Positions 44,040 to 57,522 of a stretch of 64,000 nt of DNA are shown piece after piece. The notes below the pieces were generated by a model that made no database searches, had not been told where the DNA came from, and saw only the letters and a program-made list of their open reading frames with translations. The stretch covers positions 38,254,001-38,318,000 of the forward strand of contig OX597830.1 in NCBI GenBank assembly GCA_951406725.2. Direction: 5' to 3'. This DNA is from Octopus vulgaris (taxonomy: Eukaryota). Position 1 is the stretch's first letter. Every line of letters starts with the position of its first letter. The position numbers were made by a program, and so were the translations under genes.

Positions 44040-44780
44040 TGTGTGCTACCAGGAGAGCTCGCAATTCCTGAATAAAAATCAGTGAGTAACCTGAGCATTG
44101 ACATGAGCAATGATGCATCGCTCCAGGTACATATTACCAATTTGATTATAAAATGCGGAGGGCTGGCTGGATGAATCCTCTGAACTTTCAAAACGAGAGA
44201 AGAGGAGACAATGATGGCCCTTTGGAGGGCATACGCCCTCAGCAGCTTGGACTACTGCTCCCAACTATGGTCACAACATGATATAAAATTAACGGCCGAA
44301 CTCGATGTAATGCAACGAAGAAAATCGTTTCAATGCAACGTATCAGCTACTGGGAAAGACTGAAAGTGTTAAAACTCTTCTCCCTTGGAGGAAGGCGTGA
44401 ATGATATGCAGTGATATATATCTGAACCTTCCTGGAAGGCTTTGTACCAAACTTTAGCGTTGAATATTACACAAACAGTAGAACGCGGCATAGCGGCAAA
44501 CATCACAGTATCTCCATCAAAATACAGGACCAGATACTGCAACAGCTTGGATTCCAAAGGCCCATAACTCTTCAATATCCTTCCAAAATTTATGAGTGAC
44601 CTGAGTGGTGCGGGTAAAGGTGTCGTTAAAACAAAACTGGATCTCTTCCCTGTCAAGGGACCCAGACGAGCCTACCTCGCGACAGGAAACCCGAATGAGG
44701 AAAGTAGAATCAGTAGAATCATTCACAAAGTAATAGTGGTGCCCCAGAATGACCACAGCTTTGAACTTAAGACACCGTAA
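44040..44780 (+). mobile_element. CR1/L2-group LINE 3' fragment, decayed
   Basis: LDYCSQLWS...[15 protein letters not shown]...GP*LFNILP...KTKLDLF, with stops and frameshifts. Confidence 0.85.
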
Positions 44781-44839
44781 AGAATTTAAACACACACACA
44801 CACACACACACATACACATATATGTATGTATATGCATTA

Positions 44840-45770
44840 ATAAGTTTCAGCAGAAAGCTGTGGCCTTGCTGGGACACCGTCGTTTTACTACACTGTTGTT
44901 ATCGAGAGTCTTCCCTGATATATGGCATTTGATGAAGAACGGCGTTTGATGTCGCTGCCCTCATTTGCGTTTCCTGTTCCGAGTGGGGTTCATCTGGGAT
45001 TCTCGACAGGAAGAGATCCGGTTTTGTTCTGAAAACACATACACCTACTTTTTGTTGGTATCTCAGTGTCTTTGGGAGAACATTAAAAATAATGTGGTCT
45101 CTTGAAAACCAGGCTGTTGCAGTAACTAGCCCTCAAGCCCGACGGCATTGTTGGGATCGCTGGCACTGTGCAGAATCCCTTCCTGGATCTTCCAGATGTC
45201 TAGTACTGCATATCTCTCACACCTTCGCTCCAGGGAGGAGAGTTTTTGCTGTGCAATGAGACGATCTTCTTTGTGAAACTCCACTGGGTTGCTTCAAGAT
45301 CCGCTGTTAATTTTACACTCCGGGGTGACCATAGAAGCAGTATTCCAAGCTGCTTGCGATGAATGTTCTCCAGAGAACCATCATGGTTTCCCTCTCTCTG
45401 GTCTAAAGGTCCTCAGGATCCATTCATCAAGCCAGCCGTCTGCACTTAGTCACAATCTTCTAATGTGCACTTAGGATTGTAATCGCTCCTGGGCCAGTGT
45501 ACCCTGGAAAGATTTCATTCACTTTTGGGCACTGGTAGTGCAGGGCTTAGACTTTTCCAGTGCTAAATATCATATTATTGTGCTCAGCCTATCTTCAAGT
45601 TGCTCCAGGCGTGCATAGCTGGGGTTTTGTATTTTCTGCGAGTCTTTCGCATCGTCTGCTTAGCTAGCAAGGGTGACTATCCGGGCAGCTGAGAGTATAA
45701 CTGAGAGGTCCACTATGAAAAGTAGTGGTCCCAAGACAGTGTCCTGTGGAACACCACTCACTATTTGTGA
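44840..45770 (-). mobile_element. CR1/L2-group LINE fragment including the RT core, decayed
   Basis: Reverse: SGVPQDTVLGPLLFIV...LAS*ADD (YADD motif) followed by the same C-terminal region as the other copies. Confidence 0.82.
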
Positions 45771-45779
45771 CGAAAATTC

Positions 45780-46778
45780 TAAAAGCAAAAGTTTATAGTG
45801 TGTTTAAATAATTTGAAGAGGGAAAGCTTAATAGAAACAGACACAAGTCTCCAAGTGGTTCCAAGCGCAATCCAAAGTTTGTCGCTGGCCTCAAACGTTC
45901 GATTGAAGCCAATCCATGACAACTCTTGCAAAGAAATGCCATCTGTCCCTTTCCAATGTGTCCAGGGGCTGTGAACAGGAACTTTGGCATGACTAGTTAT
46001 GTAGTACCTCGTAACTACCATCAAAGACGAGAGATTCCCAAAGCTCTTGTCATCAATCAAACATCAAGCAGGAAAAAAACTCTAGTGTTTTGGGACGAGA
46101 AGAGATTTATTGTGGACGCTGAGGTGAATCGCACAAGTTCTCGAGTGGTTGCATGCAACATTCTGACGTTCCCCCTGTGTGTGAGACTAAGAACCCTGCT
46201 TCTGTGATGGTATTTGGATCCGTGACGAGTCATTGAAATATTATGAATGCAAACATTATTGAATCTAGCTTGAAGATCGGCACAAAGGAGTATCGGGACA
46301 TCCCTAAGAACTCTCTGTTACTTTGGATGGTGCAGAAATTTGGGCTTGAGAATGTGGTGCTTATCCAGGATTTTGCACCATGTCATGGGTCAAAAACAAC
46401 AGAGGCCTTACTTAGACAGAAGGTGCCATTTTTTGTGAGGGCCAGCATCTGGCCCAGTAACAGTATAGATCTCAACTTTCTTGGTTACTTTTTTCAAACA
46501 AGTACCAATACCTCACCACAGTCGAATATCAACAGGTTGAAGACCTGAAATCGTGCGGGTGACACACAAAATGAAAAAGCGTATGTTGCAGCAGCTGCGA
46601 AAAATTTGCCTTCTCGGATGGAGGCAATAATTTCCCAAAAGGGCAGCCATATTGAGTGATAAATGTTTTCGTTGTAATAAATGTTACGTTAAAATTATAT
46701 CTTCTACAACCATTATTTTAGTTTTATAACCAGTTTTATGCATCGCAAAAGTTGCCTCAATTTCTCTGCAAGACCCTG
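45780..46778 (+). mobile_element. Tc1/mariner DD37D (maT)-type transposon relic with right TIR
   Basis: VFWDEKRF (first D), KNPASVMVFG, IQDFAPCH...WPSNSIDLNFLGY with 37 residues between the second D and the (mutated) third position. Terminus ...agaccctg|ta. Left end not found. Confidence 0.82.
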
Positions 46779-46780
46779 TA

Positions 46781-46822
<42 letters not shown>

Positions 46823-47029
46823 TTATGTGTGTGTATATATGTATGTATGTATGTATGTATAGTAGTTGAAAAATATCGTAATAGGTATAAATATATCATA
46901 AACAATTATAGAAAAGTTTTTATTGTTCTTTTCTGAACTTATTTTTCCCATACACACACGTACACACACACGTACACACACGTACACACACGTACACACA
47001 CACACGTACATACACACACACACGTACAT

Positions 47030-47061
<32 letters not shown>

Positions 47062-48186
47062 TTATTTATTTATATTTGTCTGGTGCGTGTGTGTATCCCT
47101 AAACATATATTCTAAACATATGCTGTGTTCAATCTCTATCGAACCCGTTTTGTGAACAAATGATTGGATTTCTACGCGTTTCTCCTTTGTTCAGAACTAT
47201 TGACTCTGTGTTGGACAAGGTCTCGGATATAGTGTCCTGAAAGAAGAGATTGACTGTAGGCATTTTATGAATCACGGATGTATGCGTATCGCAATTGTCA
47301 GTGTTATTTGAATGAGATGGCAGGAAAGTAGTCAGCTTCACAGGTCTTAGGTAGATAAGGTAGAATGTAAAAACAATAAAATGGCATATATATTTTAAAT
47401 TCATGACAGTGAATCAGTTATATATTCAACAAGATTCGAACGAATGTAGAATGTCATGTAATTTTAGTCAATGTGTTTCTTATAGCAACCCAGCATAAAA
47501 GTACACGTGTATTTAAAAAATCCTTCAGGGCGTCCTATGGATGCACATAGAATTCACTAGCGGAGGACAAGATGAATTGAGTTTAGCATGAGAATATTGT
47601 ATTATATCTACCGCAAGCCATATCTTCTTCTGGGGTTTCAGAGGCTTCTAAAAAACATGTTATGTACTGATGTATAGCTTTTATTTATATATTTAAATAT
47701 TTATCTATTTTTTGATAATATCTACCTTAGTATACTTAGTTTTTTTTCTTATTCAGGCTATAGTATAGTAAACATTCATTTTATTAATTTATGGAGAAAA
47801 ATATATCACGCTGTTTCCAGGATCAATGCTTTTTTTTGCCGTGTAACGATCTTCATTTAGCAAATGCTGCTTTCTATTCTTTTATTTTTTTTTCAGATAT
47901 CGGTATCAAACAACCGTTTTATTTGAACAAATACATATGAGTGTAGCACAACATTTACAGATCAAACGCTTTATCCATGGGGGAAAGCTACATTCAATCC
48001 ATTAGACATAGCAATATCTGGAATCCATACTATCCTCTGCAACTAAAATTTAATATATATTCAGCATGGAAAAAAATAATGCTTTGGTTCCTTTATATTT
48101 CCCACTGGATGTAAATGAACAAATTTTATAATATATATTCTACTATTTATATATATATATATATATAGATAGAGAGAGAGAGAGAG

Positions 48187-48219
<33 letters not shown>

Positions 48220-48437
48220 TATGTATTATGTATGTATGTGTATGTATGTATGTATGTATGTATGCATGTACGTATGCATGTATGTATGTATTGGATACAT
48301 TCAATTCTGATTTTTTTAATCTAAACGTCATCACTGGTACACATGTCGAAAAAGTATTCACGTGAAGCTAAGCCATTTTTCTCATTTTATGAAATGATTA
48401 ATATTTTTATGTAGTATGAAGTAAATACGACTCGCCT

Positions 48438-48550
48438 ACCTCTGGAGTTCTCTTTCAGCGTCAACATTCCAGCTGGGTTACATCTGAAATGTTACATCTG
48501 GCCTCTGAAATGATACATCTAACCTCTGAAAGGATACAACTGACCTCTGG
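48438..48550. repeat. 21-bp minisatellite (ctctgaaatgatacatctaac-like), 3-5 degenerate units
   Basis: Direct reading. Confidence 0.7.
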
Positions 48551-48766
48551 CCAGAACCTAATGGCAAAATCCCTCTAGCTCATACGTTCATATGCGTTCG
48601 TCAGCCGAGACCGCCCAAAACAACGAAGCCCATGCTGGTCATATTTCCGACCACATGAACTTTCTCACTCATGCTTTTCCGTACGATCCCTGAGCTGTTG
48701 ACAAAACTGACCTTTTGTTTCCCGTCTACCTCATCCCCATAATTTAATAGCTTGAAAAAAATCTAT

Positions 48767-48803
48767 TAATGTGTCCCAGACTTCACTGGTCTGGGACACA
48801 TTA
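48767..48803. repeat. Perfect 15-bp stem hairpin
   Basis: taatgtgtcccagac [ttcactg] gtctgggacacatta. Confidence 0.9.
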
Positions 48804-48889
48804 GGTACATGTATGTTGATGATTTCCTGATATTAAACAGTCATAACAAAATAATCGTAAACATAACAAGATAATCTATAAAAAGAAAT

Positions 48890-49310
48890 AAGAGGAGCGA
48901 CTGTGTGGCAAGTAGCTTGCTTACGAACCACATGTTTCGGGGTTCAGTCCCACTGCGTGGAACCTTGGGCAAGTGTCTTCTACTATAGCCTCGAGCCGAC
49001 CAAAGACTTGTGAGTAGATTTCGTTGACGGAAACTGAAAAGAAGCCCGTCGTATATATGCATATGTATATATATATATGTGTGTGTGTATGTGTGTTTGT
49101 GTGTCTCTGTTTATTCCCCCAACTTCGCTTGACAATCGATGCTGGTGTGTTTACGTCTCGTAACTTAGCGGTTCGGCAGAAGCGACCGATAGAATAAGTA
49201 CTAAGCTTACAAAGAATAAGTCCTGGTGTCGATTTGCTCGACTAAAGGCGGTGCTCTACCATGGCCGCAGTCAAATGACTGAAACAAGTAAAAGAGTTAA
49301 ATGAGTAAAA
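48890..49310 (+). mobile_element. SINE family A, full length
   Basis: aggagcgactgtgtggcaagtagcttgc...ggttcagtccc...ccttgggcaagtgtc...gactgaaacaagtaaaagag. Confidence 0.92.
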
Positions 49311-50162
49311 AAGAAATAAAAGGCAGGTAACATTATTGGCTATTGTAATGAACATATGTATGCAATACTGTGTTTATGAAATGCTCTAGAGTGGAAAACT
49401 AATCGGGAGTAATATATTCTACTAGACTACAATGTCTGTAGATAGAGATCATAGTAGCTGAGGCAATAGTCCATTGTTTATGAACCGTTCTATATTCATT
49501 ACTATAGTCAATAGGTTTTTAAAAATACTCATAAACATTATGAATGACATTGGTTATAACATACTTTAAATCATTTCCTTAAATAACACTGAAGATGCTA
49601 AATGAGCTAAAGTGTTTAGAAAAAATGCCCTAGTATGGGAAAAAGATATAGAAGACAACTTGCGGAAATTTGTTTTGAGGCTGGCGTCATCGGAGTTAAG
49701 TTAACTCTTATTGACTGAGAAGGTGGTGCTAAGAGGGAGAAATTGGAGACCGTGTGATGAGAAGGGCTTCTACCGTTTGGTTTGTTTCCCAGGCAGCCAC
49801 CAAATGCATTCATTGTCAGAATTATTATTGCTTAAGGTTTCATCCGAATGATAATTTACAAATACTTTTGTCACACGAAATAAGCTTATCCACATTAATA
49901 TTAATATTTACAAAGGGTTTGAGCAATAACAATAATGTTTTAGCAATAAATATATACTCTTTTACTTGTTTCAGTCATTTGACTGCGGCCATGCTGGAGC
50001 ACCGCCTTTACTCGAGCAACTTGACCCCGAGACTTATTCTTTGTAAGCCCAGTACTTATTATATCGGTCTCTTTTGCCGAACCGCTAATTGACGTGGATA
50101 TAAACACACCAGCATCGGTTGTCAAGCAATGCTAGGGGGACAAACACTGACAATCATACACG

Positions 50163-50257
<95 letters not shown>

Positions 50258-50279
50258 GATTGATTGATTGATTGATTGA

Positions 50280-50765
50280 TTCTAGTTTCAGCTAGGGCAC
50301 CGCCATTTGGTGTTGCTACATGGTTTTACTTCACAAATGCTTTTTAGCAACTGCCATTTGGTGCATGAGAGAGTTCGATGCAGCTGCCCTCATCTGCACC
50401 TCCTGCCGTGAAGTTGGTTCATCTGGGATACCTGACAAGAAGAGATCCAGTGTCATTTTAAAGACATCTGCATCCACCCCATGCAGGTCTCTTAGGTTCT
50501 TCGGGAGGATATTGAAGAGCTGTGGGCCTCGGAAGCCCAGGCTATCACAGTATCTTGTCCTACATCTTGATGGCAAATTTGGAGTCCTAGGCACCACGCA
50601 GTGGCGCCCTGTTCTGGCATTTGTGTAACTCTCGATGCCAAAGTTTGGGACAAGTCCCTCCAGGATCTTCCAGATGTATATTATGGCATATCTTTCTCGC
50701 CTACGCTCCAAGGAATAGAGTTTTAATCTCTTGAGTCTTTCCCAGTAGCTTATATTCTGCACAGA
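50280..50765 (-). mobile_element. CR1/L2-group LINE 3' end, relatively young (open frame)
   Basis: [41 protein letters not shown]...GPQLFNILP...IPDEP; (AATC)n-type tail at 50258-50281. Confidence 0.88.
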
Positions 50766-50768
50766 GGT

Positions 50769-50916
<148 letters not shown>

Positions 50917-50919
50917 TAT

Positions 50920-51160
50920 ATACGTTTAAATATTTGTTGTGCAAGATTTTTTATGTGAAGTTGTGTGTTGAAACAGATATTGTTATATTTCGGAATGGTC
51001 ATTTTGCCAGTTTAGCCAATAAAAACATACGCACTATATATTTGGTGTTACTTTGCTTCAGTGTTATTTATTTTTTACATTAATCTTAATCTTATTTCAG
51101 CCAGTGTGCTTTCGTCACACTCCTGTGACCGCATCTGTGGTCCTTTGTTTTCTTCTCACT
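50920..51160 (-). mobile_element. Probable Penelope-type terminus with a decayed hammerhead
   Basis: Reverse 51142-51100: cca CAGATGC g gtcac aggagt gtgac GAAA gcacac tgg. Stems I and II retained, core mutated. Sits in (TA)n. Confidence 0.4.
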
Positions 51161-52847
51161 TATATACATATATACGACGGGCTTCTTTCAGTTTCCGTCT
51201 ACCAAATCCACTGACAAGGCTTTGGGCCCAAGGTGCTACGCAGTGAGACTGAACCTGGAACCATGTGGTTGTTAAACAAGCTACTTACCTCACGGCCACT
51301 CCTGCGCCTATATATTCACTTTTTAAAAAAATAATAAATTGTCCTAATCATACTCTACATATATAATGATGACACTACATTTTCTTCTTTGAATAAATCA
51401 TTCATTATATAATCATATACGCTTTACCGTATATTTTTTCGTCCTGTGATCATTCATCTAATTGCAGTTCCTTTGCTGCAACAAAAGAAACGTCGATGAT
51501 AACGTATATAATGCAAATGACAGCTGCAGGAACATTATCACGTAGCAATATATTAAAATAGAGAAATGTATCCGTAACTGAAAAAAAGTTTTGGAACCAC
51601 GGTTTTCTTTAGAAATTGTTGATTGAATTTACATATATTGCTGATGGTTGAAGCCAAGGGAGGCATAAGATATGAAATACAATGAATATGAATGAGTCAG
51701 ATGACGAGGCACTTAAAAATAGAAATAATCTTAACACTTTGGGCAAGGAAAATGGGTTATTTGTTTGTGATTTAGTTATTATTTAAAGTATTAACGAAGG
51801 AAACTCTGTGAAAAAACTCCCAAATATGAATTTTGTAGCGAATATTATAAATAAACAGGTACGGGAAGAAATGAATATTACAACAATGGGACTAACCTCA
51901 TCATATTCTATCAGAATATAATTGGTACATGAAATAGACCCAGACAGATGTCAACTTTAATAGTGAAATTTATATATTAAAGTTTTAGTCACAAAAATGG
52001 TGCAAAGTACTTATTTTCAAAATCAAATTTGAATTTATGATCTCCTCAAATTATATTAATCTGTAATTCATACCAATGTTTCATCTGTTACTGATTGTTA
52101 TAAAAAGAAGTATTGTAAAACGCCCATTAAGAAATCGGTTATGTTATTTGGGTCAAGTTCAAAATGTAAGTTTAAAAGTTTGAGCATCAGTTAATGCATA
52201 CCTACCGCGATCAGTAAAAGCAATTGAAAATTTGTTTTTGAATTTCACAGCAGTGGAGTAGCTAAAACATTAATGCACCAAGTAAACGACAACCAGTAAA
52301 TAAATATTTCCTCACGTTATGTGCTGATATATTCAGCCAGAATTTTCATTGTCAACAAGTATTATGAGGCAATGCATACACTGTTAATCACACAAGATAC
52401 CGTGCATGTTAAATCTGGTGTCCTGTGTACTTGTGTGAAATAATTGGTTGTATTAAATAGGTTCCTAATCAGTGAAGTTCAAATTTTAACCTATTTTTGT
52501 AAGTACAGCTCCACCCCTTCGAATTTGATACAGACGAGCAAGCACATAAGCTATCCCTAACCATACGAGAAATGGCAATCAAATTTAAATAATGTAATAC
52601 AACATGATAAACAGTCCAAGAATTTTCGTGATTATAGGTTTGTTTGATTCGAGTTAAACGGAGGTTAAAAAAACCCAACTAGATTGTAGTGAAGAAGCAG
52701 TATGAAAACATTTGATATAAGTGCATATCTCGCCAGGATTGACAGGAATAACATACTCTAATAATTTTTCATAACTCGTGAATTGTAGTTCCATATACAT
52801 TTTAGTTTTGAAATCTCTGCTTATTCTTTCTCAGGATATTGTTGCTA

Positions 52848-53030
52848 AGAAGGCTGCGAGCTGGCACAGTTAGTTGCACGCCAGACAAAATTCTTAGCGG
52901 CATTTTGTCTTTATGTTCTGAGTGCAATTTCCGCCGAGTTCGACTTTGCTTTTCAGCCTTTCGGGCCGATAAAATATGTGCCAATTTAGGACAGAGTTCG
53001 ATGTAATTCACTAATTCACAAAACCACGCC
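52848..53030 (+). mobile_element. SINE family B, diverged
   Basis: aaggctgcgagctggcacag...ttccgccgagttcgactttgcttttcagcctttcgggccgataa. Confidence 0.78.
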
Positions 53031-53168
53031 CACAAAACTACTAGATATAAGTCAAAATTTGAAACCATTACCTTGCTGCCAAGACAGATGCTTTGGGAAT
53101 TTGAGTGTCCAACAATAATCAAAAAAGCTATAATCGAAGTCATTTCTATTGTAATATTCCCATCTGTT

Positions 53169-53940
53169 AAGGCGGTGAGCTGGCAGAAACGTTAGCACGC
53201 CGGGCGAAATGCTTAGCGGTATTTCGTCTGCGTTACGTTGTGAGTTCAAATTCCGCCGAGGTCGACTTTGCCTTTCATCCTTTCGGGGTCGATAAATTAA
53301 GTACCAGTTACGCACTGGGGTCGATGTAATCGACTTAATACCTATGTCTGTCCTTGTTTGTCCCCTCTGTGTTTAGCCCCTTGTGGGTAATAAAGAAATA
53401 TGTATTTCGCCTGCCGCTACGTTCTAATTTCAAATTCCACCGAGGTCGACTTTGCTTTCATACTTTCGGAGTCGATAAATTAAGTACCAGTTACGCACTG
53501 GGGTCGATGTAATCGTCTTAATCCGTTTGTCTGTCGTTGTTTGTCCTCTCTGTGTTTAGCCCCTTGTGGATAGTAAAGAAATAGGTATTTCGTCTACCGC
53601 TATGTTCTGAGTTCAAATTCCGCCGAGGTAAACTTTGCCTTACATCCTTTCGGAGTCGATTAAATAAGTACCAGTAACGCAATGGGAGGTCGATGTAATC
53701 GATTTAATCCGTGTGTCTGTCTTTGTTTGTCCCCTCTGTGTTTAGCTCCTTGTGGGTAGTAAAGAAATAGGTATTTCGTCTGTCTTTACGTTCTAAGTTC
53801 AAATTCCGCCGAGGTCGAATTTACCATTCATCCTTTCGAGGTCGATAAATTAAGTACCAGTTGCATACTGGAGTCGTCTAATCGACTGGCTCTGTACCCC
53901 CAAAATTTCGGGCCTTGTGCCTAGAGTAGAATAGAATATT
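53169..53940 (+). mobile_element. Multimeric SINE family B: one head plus four ~184-bp units
   Basis: Units start at gtatttcg at 53219, 53402, 53585 and 53771. The last ends in the ggccttgtgcctagagtagaa tail. A 24-nt flanking duplication (22/24 identical) lies at 53153-53176 and 53935-53958. Confidence 0.92.
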
Positions 53941-54879
53941 ACCACCTGTTAAGGCGGTAACATATTTTAAAGTCAACTTGTTGACGATCGAACTATTAAT
54001 ATTAATATAAAACATTTCGTCATGTATTCCATAGTGTTCAAGTAGTTGTTGACGCTCTTGAAAACATTAGTATTAATATAAAATAAATGGGAAAGAAATA
54101 TTCAAAATTATTGTTTAATGCAACAATCATAATTTTTTTTTATTTCATAGCTACAATGCATCATTCGTTTGCATTGTTATAAAATTATGTATTTGTGTAT
54201 TTGCTGAAGTGGTTGATAGCACTTTACTAGAGAATTTTCTTCCTAGTATCACAAGAAGAAAACCTTATTTATATTTTATGAATATATATCTATTAAAAAA
54301 AATCTATATAAAACTATATAAATAAAAATTAATTTTACATTTTCTGTTAATGGCAATGAAAGACCCTAAATATTGATATGCTAACTTTTGTTCTTTTTAG
54401 GTACTTAGTTGTGGTGTGTCACATTACCTCAAAGGAATAAGTTGAAGAAGTTGAAGAGAGAGGTTCAAAGATAAAGAGAAATAAAATGTATTAAGTAGAG
54501 GAGGTATAGTTGAAGTGAGTGGCAAGCGGGAGGGGGGAAAGACAGAGGGGAAGTGAAAGAGAAAGAAATATTTATCAGTATTGTCATAGTAGACTGATGC
54601 ATACATCGAAAGAAAAATAGAAACATACATGCACAGATACATACAATGTTAAATTAAAAGCGGGAGGGAGGAGGGACAGAGAGGAATTGAGAGAGAAAGA
54701 AAGAGAGAGTGAGAGAGAAAGTGAGTGGTGAATGAAAGTAAGATGGCGTTCGTTTTGTGTTTTTAAATGTTTATCAGTATTTTCAGAGTAGAACTCATAT
54801 GTGCATCGAAAGAAAAGTAGACACAGCGATACATAGACACATTGTTAAATCAAAGACACTTTCACTTTTCATTACCACA

Positions 54880-55147
54880 TGAAGATAAAATTAACGTACA
54901 AATGGTTGAGTACACCACAGACATGCATACCATTAACGTAGTTCTCGAGGAGAATCATCCTCACACAGAATGTGAAAAGACTGTTCCCTTTGAATTACAG
55001 CTACGACTAATTTTTGCCAGCTTACTAGACTGCAGCAGGGTGAAGTAGAGTGCCTTCCTTATGAACAGAGCGCGCCACCGGGAATCCTACTCATGACTTT
55101 ATGCTCGTGGCCGAATACCCCTAACCAGTGAACCACGTTCCTTCACT
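54880..55147 (-). mobile_element. SINE family D, old
   Basis: Reverse: gtgaaggaacgtggttcactggttaggggtattcgg (A-box-like)...gagtaggattccc...aaggcactctacttcac...gagaactacgttaatggta. Confidence 0.6.
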
Positions 55148-55534
55148 CTCTAAACAATAAGAGGAAAGGAGTGAAGCGATAGATACAGGAAGAGGAATGC
55201 CTCACTCATTTAAAATGACAATTACCCAGGAATTTTTCTAGTTTCTTCACTTTTAACAATGAAGAGGGAAATAGATTTAGTAAGAAATAGGGGGTAAGTT
55301 TTTCAGGTGCTTAGGTTTTCATGGGAATTCTACAAGGATTGAGCGTTAGTACCCGCTTCATCCCCCCACCTCCGGTACTTATTCGACTTCTTTGATATTT
55401 CCTCATGTCTTTTAGTCGGGGGTGGGGAGAGACCATGTTTTTTTCTACAGGCACGTTTAATATTTTCTCTACAACCTACAAACAAGCACCCTCCTCTTAT
55501 TTATAGAAAAGCTAATGCAAAATTCGAATGGGAT

Positions 55535-55910
55535 ACAGCGTAACTGGTACTTAATTTATCAACCCCGGAAGGATGAAAGGCAAAGTCGACCTCGGCGGAA
55601 TTTGAACTCGGAACGTAACTGCAGACGAAATACGGCAACGCATTTCGCCCGGCGTGCTAACGTTTCTGCCAGCTCGCCGCATATATATATATGTGTGTGT
55701 GTGTGTCCGCGCTTGTGTCTGCGTTTATCCCCCCCCCATCATCACTTCACAACCGATGTTGGTGCGTTTCCACCCCTGTAAATTAGAGATTGAACGGAAG
55801 ATCCGATACAGTAAGCACCAAGTTTACAGGGGTCGATTTCTTCGACTTGAGGGCGATGCTCCAGCATGGCCACAATCAAATGACTGAAACAAGTAAAAGA
55901 ATAAAAGAAT
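55535..55910. mobile_element. SINE B 5' part (minus, 55535-55680) next to a SINE A 3' part (plus, 55700-55910)
   Basis: Matches to both families as defined elsewhere in this window. Confidence 0.82.
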
Positions 55911-56248
55911 ATCAGAAGTACATTCCGTACCCCTAAACCAAGCAGGTTCTTTGAAATTATGCGATGTATTTTAAGGCTAAAGAGTAATTCTGTCTACGCT
56001 TGCGTAACTGAGATATTTTGGTTGGATTATATAGTTATAGGACTTACGCTCCTTTCTATATTCTGTATGTGTTACAATACAGAAATATTTCTCATGACAC
56101 CAGTACTCAATTTATAGATGCTTACATTTTTTTATGCTTGCCGTGAAGTTTTCACAGATCCAGCAAATATACATAAATATAAGATATGTGTGTGTGTTTG
56201 TGTATATATAAATACACACACATATATATATATATATACATATATAAC

Positions 56249-56333
<85 letters not shown>

Positions 56334-56340
56334 TATATAC

Positions 56341-56392
<52 letters not shown>

Positions 56393-56403
56393 TCATATGT
56401 GTA

Positions 56404-56435
<32 letters not shown>

Positions 56436-56445
56436 CATATATAAC

Positions 56446-56487
<42 letters not shown>

Positions 56488-56488
56488 G

Positions 56489-56574
<86 letters not shown>

Positions 56575-57044
56575 TATAGGTTGAGAAAAGACTAGAGATA
56601 TATACAAATCTAAATTTCATGCAAGGAATGATAAATCATATACTCATTTAAAAAAATATATTTATACTTACAAGCGTGAGCGTTAATTATTGAAGTATGA
56701 TAAAAACAAAACCAAAACTGAAACAGATATAAGAAATTAAATAAACAAAACAAGTGCAACTGTCAAAAAATTTTCTTATGCCTCATTAATAATATTAATC
56801 TGAAGATATTTTAATCTAAAATAAACACTGCCCATTTTTATTATAAAAAAATCTATGTAATATGTTGAGTATCTGTGGTGAAGAAACCGCACAATATGAA
56901 GTAATCTGTGTTCTGTATATCTGAGTGTACTGCTTTACTTTCAAAAAAGCTTAAGATGACTGTTATTGTTGAGGAGACGGATTAGATTTATCACATCTTA
57001 ATTGAACTAAAAAATCTGAGACGAATTGGTGAAAGATATTGTTT

Positions 57045-57522
57045 GTCTTTTATCTTTGTACTTGTTTTATTCATTAGACTCAGGCCATATTGGGGCACTG
57101 CCAAGAAGAATTTTAGTTGAACGAATCGACATCCAGTACGTATTACTTTTTTGTAAAACCTGGAACTTTTCCTATAGGTTCCTTTTGCCGAACCGCTAGG
57201 TAATGGGAACGTAAACACACCAATACCGGTTGTAAAGCGGTGGAAGAGGACAAGCATAAAACACAGACACATATACAGTTGTACACACACTCACTCTTTC
57301 TTTCTCTCTTTCTTTCTTTCTTTCTCTCTTTCTTTCTTTCTTTCTCTCTCTCTCTCTCTCACACACGCACACACATACAAGCACACATATATACAACGGG
57401 CTTTTTTTCAAATCCACTAACAAGGTTTCTGTTAGCCCGAAACTATTGCTGAAGACATTTGCCCAAGATGCCATGCAGTGGGACTGAACCCGAGACCATG
57501 TGGTTCGGGAGTAGGCACGCCT
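57045..57522 (-). mobile_element. SINE family A, diverged, with an internal (CT/CTTT)n tract
   Basis: gccgaaccgctagg...cgtaaacacacc...gaagacatttgcccaagatgccatgcagtgggactgaacccgagaccatgtggtt. Confidence 0.82.

Noticed and set aside
47130-47227. Minus-strand acceptor ctcttctttcag followed by ...NPIICSQ
   Set aside because: Isolated, opposite to the strand of neighbouring CTL-like fragments, and only a weak motif match.
53219-53940. Regularly spaced repeats resembling a CRISPR array
   Set aside because: Units are contiguous near-identical ~184-bp SINE segments with no unique spacers; eukaryotic context and no cas genes.
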